Under the pieces are notes generated by a model. That model was given only the letters and a program-made list of their open reading frames with translations, was not told the origin of the DNA and did not search any database. From NCBI GenBank assembly GCA_021791545.1, contig JAJYWL010000016.1:9533-73532 (forward strand): a DNA stretch of 64,000 nt. The letters are read 5' to 3'. The number at the start of each line of letters is the position of its first letter. Position 1 is the first letter of the stretch. This stretch comes from a bacterium. Its GTDB lineage: Bacteria > Patescibacteriota > Microgenomatia > Levybacterales > UBA12049. The translations under genes were made by a program, and so were the position numbers. Shown here in pieces: positions 21,604 through 29,514 of this stretch.

Positions 21604-23463
21604 TTAGGCGGTAACTTTGGCGAGAGCTTTCTTGGGGCCAATTATTTTTTCAAAATCTTCCTGTTCTATCGTTTCTCTTTTAAGAAGCTCTTCTGCGAGT
21701 AAATCAAGTTTTCCTCTCAACTTAGAAAGGACAGTTACCGCACTCTTATATCCTGCATCTGTAAACTTTTTAACCTGTTCATCTATTTTTGCTGCCATCT
21801 CGGGAGAAACCTGTGGTTTGTCATACGGTGTTTTTGCTTCAGGATCCAGATTAACAGGCCCCAAGTCACTCATTCCATATTCAACTACCATTGTCCTTGC
21901 AACTTCTGTTGCTTTTGCAATATCATCCGAGGCTCCTGTTGTCATTTCTTTAAACACAAGACTTTCGGCAGCTCTTCCTCCGAGCATTACGGCAATCTGC
22001 TCAATAAGGTGTGATTTTGTCTCATGTAAGTGTTCCACTGGCTCCATCATTGTGTGCCCCAAAGACATTCCTCTTGAAACAATTGAAATTCTATGTACCG
22101 GATCCATGTTGGGCATATACCAGGAAACCAAAGCGTGTCCTGCTTCGTGATATGCGGTCATTTTTCTGTCCTCTTCCGACTGTAATCTTCTCTTCTCCGG
22201 TCCAAGCTTAACTTTTGTTGCAGCTTCTTCCAAATCTTTCATATCTATAGCTTTTTTTCCAAGCCTTGCAGCAAGGATTGCAGCTTCGTTTAACATGTTT
22301 TCTATATCTGCTCCTGAAAATCCTACAGTTCTTTTTGCAATTCTTTCCCATGAAACTGCCTTATCGAAAGGCTTTCCTCTTGCGTGAATAGAGAGAATTG
22401 CTTTTCTTCCCTGAACATCAGGCATATCAAGCATTACTCTTCTATCAAATCTTCCCGGCCTTATTAACGCCGGATCTAATACATCAGGCCTATTTGTTGC
22501 TGCCATAACTACCAATTGTTCTGTTGGAGCAAATCCGTCCATTTCTACTAGTATCTGGTTTAATGTTTGCTCTCTTTCATCATGTCCTCCCATTAGACCC
22601 ATTCCTCTTTGTCTTCCTATGGCATCTATTTCATCGATGAAAATTATTGCAGGTTGTGACTTTTTTGCAGTATTGAACAAATCTCTTACCCTAGATGCTC
22701 CTACTCCTACGAGCATCTCCATAAACTCGGAGCCGGCCATGGAAAAGAATGGAACTCCCGCTTCTCCAGCAGTTGCTCTTGCAAGAAGAGTTTTTCCTGT
22801 TCCCGCGGGTCCTACCATTAAAACACCCTTAGGAGTTCTTGCTCCCATTGCCTTATACTTACCCGGGTTTTTGAGAAAGTCTACAATCTCTGTCAATTCC
22901 TGTTTTGCCTCATCTACACCCGCTACATCTCCAAAACTTACTCTTGGAGTGTCTTTACTGAATAGTTTTGCCTTCGATTGTCCGAATGAAAAAACGCTTT
23001 CCTGTGCTCCCCTTGCCTGTCTAAATATGAAATAGAAAAATCCTACCATTAGAAGAATTGGTAAAACTCCGGAAAGAAGGTTAATCCAGTTATTTATCGT
23101 CGTCTCGTCATTTACCACTACTTTTGTGTTGTTGAGCCCTACTCCTGCATCTTTAAATAGCTGATAAACATTTGAGCTTGATTCCTTGAAGCTTTGCAAG
23201 GTTTGATTCTTCTCTGCAGCTGTTATCTTATTGGGATCAACCGTTATAGAGGTTACTTTTCCTGCCTTAACGTCTGAAATGATCTGAGAAAGAGGAACTG
23301 TTTTTGTCTCTGCAAAAGGCTGACTTCCGCTTGGCTGAGAAAGACCCATAAAAATGAAAGCGGCAAAGAGAAGTAAAAAAGCATAAATTACAATGTTCTT
23401 CCACGAGAACTTCATCTTAACTTTTACTTGCTTTAGTTTCTTGGGTTTTTTAATCGCAGCCAT
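21604..23463 (-). CDS. ftsH: ATP-dependent Zn metalloprotease FtsH
   Basis: 2 TM helices, GPAGTGKT, FIDEID, HEAGH. Confidence 0.97.
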   Translation of the reverse strand: MAAIKKPKKLKQVKVKMKFSWKNIVIYAFLLLFAAFIFMGLSQPSGSQPFAETKTVPLSQIISDVKAGKVTSITVDPNKITAAEKNQTLQSFKESSSNVYQLFKDAGVGLNNTKVVVNDETTINNWINLLSGVLPILLMVGFFYFIFRQARGAQESVFSFGQSKAKLFSKDTPRVSFGDVAGVDEAKQELTEIVDFLKNPGKYKAMGARTPKGVLMVGPAGTGKTLLARATAGEAGVPFFSMAGSEFMEMLVGVGASRVRDLFNTAKKSQPAIIFIDEIDAIGRQRGMGLMGGHDEREQTLNQILVEMDGFAPTEQLVVMAATNRPDVLDPALIRPGRFDRRVMLDMPDVQGRKAILSIHARGKPFDKAVSWERIAKRTVGFSGADIENMLNEAAILAARLGKKAIDMKDLEEAATKVKLGPEKRRLQSEEDRKMTAYHEAGHALVSWYMPNMDPVHRISIVSRGMSLGHTMMEPVEHLHETKSHLIEQIAVMLGGRAAESLVFKEMTTGASDDIAKATEVARTMVVEYGMSDLGPVNLDPEAKTPYDKPQVSPEMAAKIDEQVKKFTDAGYKSAVTVLSKLRGKLDLLAEELLKRETIEQEDFEKIIGPKKALAKVTA

Positions 23464-23519
23464 GCCTCGGATTATATCACTTTAAAAGCTCTATTGCCAG
23501 TATTTTGAGCTCAAGAATA

Positions 23520-24494
23520 TTAGATGAGTCCTACTTTTTGTTTTACATCAAGAAGGGTTTTTGAAGATTTAGAAATTGCATATTCTCTACCCTCATCAAG
23601 AATGTCTCTTAACGCTTTTTCATCTTTTCTTATTTCTTCATATTTTTCTCTAATTGGAAGAAGCGTTTCAAGGACTACTTCCGTAATTGAATTCTTTAGC
23701 TCAGAGTATGCTTTTCCTTCCATCTCATCCTGTGCTTTATTAAAAGAAATTCCCTTAAATGCAGAGTAAATCGTAAGAAGGTTTACTATTGCTTCACTCC
23801 CATGATCTTTGGAAACCTTTGAATTCGAATCCGTGACTGCTTTTTTTATCTTCTCTCTTATTTGTTCCTCCGTATCCAAAAGATTTATAGTTCCCAAGGG
23901 ATTATTATCAGACTTACTCATTTTTGAAGCGGGATTTTGAAGACTCATTATTCTTGCTGTTTGAGACTGAATTACAGGATTTGGAAGTTTAAATGTTTCT
24001 CCAAATCTTTTGTTAAACCTTTCCGCCAAATCTCTTGTAAGTTCTATATGCTGCTTCTGATCCTCTCCTACTGGAACTTCATCTGTTTGATATAAAAGAA
24101 TATCCGAAGCCATAAGTACCGGGTAGTCAAAAAGTCCAAGATTTTCTTCATGTTTTTGAGATTTTTCCTTGAACTGGGTCATTCTCTGAAGCTGTCCAAA
24201 AGGAGTAATAGTATTTAAGATCCATGCAAGATAGGAATGATCGGGATTTTCGGACTGGATAAAAATATGAGCTTTCTTGGGATCGATTCCGCATGCAAGA
24301 TATAAGGCTGCTACCTCTAAAACCTTTTCTCTTAAAGCTTTAGGATCCTGAGGAACAGTTATTGCATGTAGATCTACTATACAAAAAAGAGCATCATTTC
24401 CCTCCTGAACATTTACCCATTGTCTTAAAGCTCCAATGTAATTTCCTATATGAAGATTTCCTGAGGGTTGTACTCCTGAAAATATTGTTTTCAT
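23520..24494 (-). CDS. trpS: Tryptophan-tRNA ligase
   Basis: HIGN, VPVGEDQ, KMSKS. Confidence 0.97.
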   Translation of the reverse strand: MKTIFSGVQPSGNLHIGNYIGALRQWVNVQEGNDALFCIVDLHAITVPQDPKALREKVLEVAALYLACGIDPKKAHIFIQSENPDHSYLAWILNTITPFGQLQRMTQFKEKSQKHEENLGLFDYPVLMASDILLYQTDEVPVGEDQKQHIELTRDLAERFNKRFGETFKLPNPVIQSQTARIMSLQNPASKMSKSDNNPLGTINLLDTEEQIREKIKKAVTDSNSKVSKDHGSEAIVNLLTIYSAFKGISFNKAQDEMEGKAYSELKNSITEVVLETLLPIREKYEEIRKDEKALRDILDEGREYAISKSSKTLLDVKQKVGLI

Positions 24495-24508
24495 CTTAAT
24501 TTATATTA

Positions 24509-25696
24509 TCACATCAACCATTTTTTCTTAAGCTCTTTAAAGTTTCCTTCGAGAATGGATTTTCTTATGTCCTTAGTAAGATTGACAAGGAAATGAACGT
24601 TATGAAGACTTATCAAATTGTATGAAAGAAGTTCTTTTGCCCTGAATAGGTGGTGAATGTATCCTCTTGTAAAATTCTGACAGGTATAACAACTGCAATT
24701 AGGATCCAAAGGTTTCATATCTTTTACAAACTGAGGCTTATCAATGTCAGTTCTGAACCTATTCTTCATATTTCCCGATGGAGGGGATATAAAGAAAAAG
24801 CCTGTTCTTCCAATTCTTGTAGGAATAACACAATCGAAGGTATCCACTCCTCTTTCTACGCCTTCAAATAAATCATCTACTTCTCCAATTCCAAGCAGAT
24901 GTCTTGGTTTTTCCGAAGTTACAACATCTGTAGTCCAGTCAACAACTTCATAAAGATTTGTCTTTGAAAGATGAGCTCCTCCGAGAGCAATTGCGTCGAA
25001 ATTCTCGTCTACAAACCTTGCGGACTCTTCTCTTAAATCTCTGAATGGTCCTCCGTGAGTTACACCGTATAGGAGCTGGTCTTTCCTTTTATGAGCGTTT
25101 TTGCTTCTTATCTCCCATCTATTTGTCATCTCAAGACTCTTTTTAGTTTCTTCATAATCATACTTTGGAGATTCCAAATCGTCAAAAGAAACGATTAAAT
25201 CTGCCCCAATTTTCTCCTGTATATCTATTGAACTTTCAGGAGTAAGTTTATGAGTTGAACCGTCTAAATGTGACTGAAAAGTTACTCCCTCTTCGGTTAT
25301 CTTATTGAGTCTTGGTTTTGGATCATCTGTATTTCTTTCCTTTGGATCGTCCCTTAAAAACTTTACTCCTCCACCTTCTTTTCCTACTCCCAATGAGAAT
25401 ACCTGAAACCCACCTGAATCTGTCATGGTTGGTCCATTCCAAGACATAAACTTGGACAATCCTCCAAACTTTTTAATTAGATCTTCTCCGGGTCTTAAAT
25501 GAAGATGATAAGTATTGGCAAGAACAACCTCTGCCCCCATTTCCCTTAATTGTTTAGGGTCTACTGCTTTTACAGTTCCCTGTGTTCCTACAGGAACAAA
25601 AATGGGTGTTTCAATATCTCCGTTAGGAGTTGAAATAATACCTGCTCTTGCTTTTGTCTTTTTATCTTTTTGAAGTATTTTGTAGGAGGGTTTCAT
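24509..25696 (-). CDS. tgt: tRNA-guanine transglycosylase
   Basis: NTYHL, TDSGGFQ, DCV.PTR, CSCYTC...HN. Confidence 0.96.
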   Translation of the reverse strand: MKPSYKILQKDKKTKARAGIISTPNGDIETPIFVPVGTQGTVKAVDPKQLREMGAEVVLANTYHLHLRPGEDLIKKFGGLSKFMSWNGPTMTDSGGFQVFSLGVGKEGGGVKFLRDDPKERNTDDPKPRLNKITEEGVTFQSHLDGSTHKLTPESSIDIQEKIGADLIVSFDDLESPKYDYEETKKSLEMTNRWEIRSKNAHKRKDQLLYGVTHGGPFRDLREESARFVDENFDAIALGGAHLSKTNLYEVVDWTTDVVTSEKPRHLLGIGEVDDLFEGVERGVDTFDCVIPTRIGRTGFFFISPPSGNMKNRFRTDIDKPQFVKDMKPLDPNCSCYTCQNFTRGYIHHLFRAKELLSYNLISLHNVHFLVNLTKDIRKSILEGNFKELKKKWLM

Positions 25697-27069
25697 TAGT
25701 TTTGAAGATTTTTTACCTGTTCTTTAAATTGATTTCCCCTGTCTTTATAGTTTTTGAACATATCAAATGACGCACAGGCTGGAGAAAGAAGAACTACATC
25801 ACCCGATACTGCTAGCTTTGAAGCGGCAAGCACTATTTGTTCCATGTTTTCTGCTCCCTCAATAGAGAGGAGTTTTACATTATGTTTTTCAATTTCCTCT
25901 TTTATCTTTTCCCACTCTATTCCTATTCCAATTATTGCTTTAATATTTTCTGCTTTTGAAATAATATCTCCAAGTTCCTCAAAGTCACTCCCTTTACTTG
26001 ATCCTCCCAGAATAATAATCTCGGGATTTTTGAAAGCTTTTATTGCGGCAATGGCAGTCTCGGGGGTTGTTGAGAATGAATCGTCATAATATCTGACACC
26101 ATTTACAGTTCCCACCAATTCAAGCCTATGTTCGAGTCCCTTAAATGTCTTTAATACTTCCTCTATATTCTCTATAGAGACTCCGGAAAGATAGGCCGCT
26201 AAACTTGCCGCACAGACATTTTCATAGTTATGTTCTCCCGGCAAAAGTATTTCTTTTGTATCTATTACCTTTTTCTCTCTTCCATCTACTCTTATCCAGA
26301 TAGCACCTTCCCTTACAAAAGAACCGTCTCCCATTACTTCCCTTTCTCTACTTGTATGTAAAACTTTACCGTCCGTATGAATGTCGGATTCGTTTGTTGC
26401 AGGATAGTCTCTATTTAAAATTGCAAAATCATCAGTAGTTTGAAATCTTAAAATGTTTCTCTTGGCATTAACATATTCTTCGGTTGTACCGTGATAGTTG
26501 AGATGCTCGCTTGTTACCATGAGCATTACTGCAATATGAGGACTTTTTGTAAGGTCCAAAAGCTGAAAACTGGAAAGTTCCAGAACAACTTTAGACTGAT
26601 CACTTAATTTATTCAAAAATTCAAAAGGAGGCACTCCTATATTCCCTCCTAAGTATGCATCAAACCCTTGTTTTTTAAGCATTTCCAAAATTAAAGTGGA
26701 AGTTGTTCCTTTTCCCTTTGTTCCGGTCACTCCTATAATTTCAGATGGACATAAATCAAAAAATATCTTTGTCTGAGATGTTATTTTCTCTGATTCTGTA
26801 AACTTTTGAAGAAGGTTTAATTGCACTCCCGGACTTCTAACGACAAGGTCAAAATATTTAAGATCATCAAGATAATCTTTGCCAAAAATAAACTTAATAG
26901 GTAGGTTTTCGACCTCTTTTATAAGCTCTATTTCTTTTTCTTCTCTTTCATCTAATACGGTAACATCCGCTCCCTTCTCCACCAAAAACTTTACAGAAGA
27001 AACACCTTCTATTCCAAGACCTACAACCGCTACTTTTTTGTTTTTGAAATCCATTGAGGAATTATCCAT
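25696..27069 (-). CDS. murD: UDP-MurNAc-L-Ala:D-Glu ligase
   Basis: GTKGKGTT, LELSSFQL, HRLE, LSPACASFD. Start revised to 27069 (or 27054) because the ORF-track extension overlaps a tRNA. Confidence 0.95.
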   Translation of the reverse strand: MDNSSMDFKNKKVAVVGLGIEGVSSVKFLVEKGADVTVLDEREEKEIELIKEVENLPIKFIFGKDYLDDLKYFDLVVRSPGVQLNLLQKFTESEKITSQTKIFFDLCPSEIIGVTGTKGKGTTSTLILEMLKKQGFDAYLGGNIGVPPFEFLNKLSDQSKVVLELSSFQLLDLTKSPHIAVMLMVTSEHLNYHGTTEEYVNAKRNILRFQTTDDFAILNRDYPATNESDIHTDGKVLHTSREREVMGDGSFVREGAIWIRVDGREKKVIDTKEILLPGEHNYENVCAASLAAYLSGVSIENIEEVLKTFKGLEHRLELVGTVNGVRYYDDSFSTTPETAIAAIKAFKNPEIIILGGSSKGSDFEELGDIISKAENIKAIIGIGIEWEKIKEEIEKHNVKLLSIEGAENMEQIVLAASKLAVSGDVVLLSPACASFDMFKNYKDRGNQFKEQVKNLQN

Positions 27070-27079
27070 AAAAGAAAAG

Positions 27080-27153
27080 TACCAGGGGTGAGATTTGAAC
27101 TCACGACCGCAGGGATATGAATCCTGTGCTCTAACCAACTGAGCTACCCTGGC
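27080..27153 (-). tRNA. tRNA-Met(CAT), probably elongator
   Basis: GCCAGGG TA GCTCAGTTGGTTAGAGC A CAGGA TTCATAT CCCTG...GTTCAAATC...CCCTGGT A. Confidence 0.88.
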
Positions 27154-27219
27154 TTGTCCAACTATTTTAGCATCTGCTTCAATTTAATTCAATTTTGATG
27201 TATAATACTTAAACTCACG

Positions 27220-27288
27220 CGCGGGGTAGTGTACAGTGCACATGAGGCTCATAATCTCATAGGCTAGGCGCAACTCCTAGCCCCGCAA
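27220..27288 (+). tRNA. Non-canonical initiator-like tRNA-fMet(CAT)
   Basis: CGCGGGG TA GTGT-ACAGT-GCAC A TGAGG-CTCATAA-TCTCA TAGG CTAGG-CGCAACT-CCTAG CCCCGCA A. C1:A72 mismatch; TATAAT at 27201. Confidence 0.78.
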
Positions 27289-27337
27289 CACATTTTTCAT
27301 TGACTTAGCCCCAATTGCCTTCTATAATTCCAACCCT

Positions 27338-28132
27338 ATGGCAGAACGAGAGCTTTCTTTTGTTCCTGATTTGAGTCAAGGACAAGGAAGAAATTACAAA
27401 GAAAGACCCACTCCCCATCCCAAAACCCTCAGGTTTTTAAATGACGCAAGAGTTAATGGAGTTTTTTATTCCCTACCCGAAGAAACAAGACACATAATAG
27501 ATGTGTACTACTATTCCGATTCTGGATTAAAAGACCTTCGAGGATTAGTTCACCCTAAAACAGGTGCCCAAGTCAAAAGTGTTATTTTCCAAGCTTTAAA
27601 AGATGTTTGGGAAAAATTGCCATCTGAAATTCGGGAAAGAAACCCCCTGGATGATGTATTGAAGCTAAAGCACCAATCTTACTCTCAAGAACACGCCGAA
27701 AGAATGAAGAATCCTTCCGAAGAAACACGAAAGAAAATATCGGAAAAAGCCTTAGAGAGAGGTTTTCCTCCAGGATTTGAGGAAAAAAGACTGAGAAAAA
27801 TTAGAGGAAAACATAGATCACTTAAAACCAAAAGAAGGATAGCCCGAACTCTAACAGAACTTTGGAGCGATCCAAGTTATAGGGAGGAAAGAAAGAAAAC
27901 CTTTCCAAAAAAAGCAAAAGAAAGGATATCAAGAGCCCTGGCAGATAGAGATATAGATAGAAAACTTTGGTCATTAGCACGAAACAATGATGAATTATCA
28001 GATTTTTTCACTGTGGAAGAAATTGATACTTTAAGAAACGTATTGGAACTTAAAAAAGAGACAAGAATGCCAAGTGCACATATTTCAGCTCTAATCGACA
28101 GACTATCTATTTTTGTAGCCAATAAATGTTAA
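27338..28132 (+). CDS. Basic hypothetical protein with NUMOD3-like repeats
   Basis: PSEETRKKISE, GKHRSLKTKRRIA, PKKAKERIS. Promoter TTGACT-17-TATAAT. Confidence 0.6.
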   Translation: MAERELSFVPDLSQGQGRNYKERPTPHPKTLRFLNDARVNGVFYSLPEETRHIIDVYYYSDSGLKDLRGLVHPKTGAQVKSVIFQALKDVWEKLPSEIRERNPLDDVLKLKHQSYSQEHAERMKNPSEETRKKISEKALERGFPPGFEEKRLRKIRGKHRSLKTKRRIARTLTELWSDPSYREERKKTFPKKAKERISRALADRDIDRKLWSLARNNDELSDFFTVEEIDTLRNVLELKKETRMPSAHISALIDRLSIFVANKC

Positions 28133-28464
28133 AAGAATAAATTTAGCCATTGTTGCCAGTTGGGAATTTGTTTTTTAGGAGCTTCGCTACCCTTTTGTTC
28201 CTCTGTTTGTGGAATTAATATTTCTTGTTCTCCGGGTTTTATCAAAAAAAGCTTATTTCTGGCCTCTTCCTCCAGAAACTGCTGACTTTGCACATAAGAA
28301 AGTTCGGCTTTTAACTTCTGATTCTTAGTCTTTTCTCTATCTAATTGCTTCTGAGCATTGGTCAAAACATCCTGTTTTTGATAAATATCGATGATTGAAT
28401 GAGCCAAATTATTTATTATAAAAAGCAAAATCAAAACGACGATAAAATAAGGAATTTTCTTCAT
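28129..28464 (-). CDS. Septum formation initiator (FtsB/DivIC family)
   Basis: TM helix, coiled coil and EEEARNKL.LIKPGE. Confidence 0.85.
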   Translation of the reverse strand: MKKIPYFIVVLILLFIINNLAHSIIDIYQKQDVLTNAQKQLDREKTKNQKLKAELSYVQSQQFLEEEARNKLFLIKPGEQEILIPQTEEQKGSEAPKKQIPNWQQWLNLFF

Positions 28465-28530
28465 AATTTAATCTTATCACCTATTTGCTGACCTTGACTA
28501 CTTTCTCTCTAAGTGATATTATAGGCCACT

Positions 28531-29391
28531 ATGAAACCCATTAAACTTCACGATGCTCACGAGGAGTTCAAAAACTATTTGAAACAGAATAATAGGTCTA
28601 CTTCAACAGTCATTGCCTACGGCAAAGACATTGAACAATTGGTAGGCTTTCTTCAGGAACTCGAAAGAAATCACGTACATGAAGTAACAAAAGAAGATAT
28701 AGAAGCATTCCTGGCCAGAATGAGTAAGGAAGGATACACTCCAAAGTCGATTTCAAGAAAAATTAACTCAACAAGAACTTTTTACAGATTCCTAAAAATA
28801 AACGAATATATTACGGATGACCCTTCTCTACTGGTCTCTCACCCTAAATATCAGTTAGCACCACCCAGAATACTTACTCCTACGGAATATAGAGCCTTAA
28901 GAGATGCTGCTCACAACGATCCGAGAATGTATGCAATCATAGAGCTACTTCTACAAACAGGAATAAGAATAGGAGAACTCGCAGCACTTAAGCTTTCAGA
29001 CGTACAAAAAGACAATTTACACATAGCTCCATTTGAAAAACACGAAGAAAGAACGGTTCCTCTTAACAAAAGAGCAAAAGAAGCACTTGATAGATATATG
29101 GAAGTAAGACCAAAAGTATCAGACGACCATCTTTTCGTAACAAAATCTGGAAAACCTTTCCTTATAAGAAACATTAGAACGGCAATTGAAAGATACTTTA
29201 GACTTGCTGAAATAAAAGACGCAAAAGTAAATGACCTAAGACACACATTTGTAGCACACCATTTAAGACACGGCGTTTCATTGGTTCTTCTTTCCAAAGT
29301 ACTCGGGCATAAAAGACTTTCTACAACGGAAAGATATCTTCAGTTTGTCTCTGATAGAGGCAAGGAATCAACTTCTTTAACGGAGCTTTAA
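28531..29391 (+). CDS. XerC/XerD-like tyrosine recombinase
   Basis: SAM-like N-domain, TGIRIGEL, NDLRHTF, LGH...TTERY. Confidence 0.9.
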   Translation: MKPIKLHDAHEEFKNYLKQNNRSTSTVIAYGKDIEQLVGFLQELERNHVHEVTKEDIEAFLARMSKEGYTPKSISRKINSTRTFYRFLKINEYITDDPSLLVSHPKYQLAPPRILTPTEYRALRDAAHNDPRMYAIIELLLQTGIRIGELAALKLSDVQKDNLHIAPFEKHEERTVPLNKRAKEALDRYMEVRPKVSDDHLFVTKSGKPFLIRNIRTAIERYFRLAEIKDAKVNDLRHTFVAHHLRHGVSLVLLSKVLGHKRLSTTERYLQFVSDRGKESTSLTEL

Positions 29392-29402
29392 GCTACAAAA
29401 TG

Positions 29403-29474
29403 TGCGTCCACTTGGGTTCGAACCAAGGACATCTACTTTATAAGAGTAGCGCTCTACCACTGAGCTATGGACGC
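29403..29474 (-). tRNA. tRNA-Ile(TAT)
   Basis: GCGTCCA TA GCTCAGTGGTAGAGC G CTACT-CTTATAA-AGTAG...GTTCGAACC...TGGACGC A; anticodon TAT. Confidence 0.92.
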
Positions 29475-29514
29475 GTAAAAAGTATTATAGCAGTAAATTA
29501 GTATTCTTCAAGAA

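Noticed and set aside
21617-23035. Long antisense ORFs over ftsH (similar ones over pduO, nrdJ and the PBPs)
   Set aside because: Antisense shadows of well-supported genes with no motifs of their own.
27070-27138. N-terminal extension of MurD
   Set aside because: It is a translation of tRNA-Met.
28531-29474. Integrase beside a tRNA as a prophage or island boundary
   Set aside because: No duplicated tRNA 3' end, no phage or cargo genes, and housekeeping neighbours.
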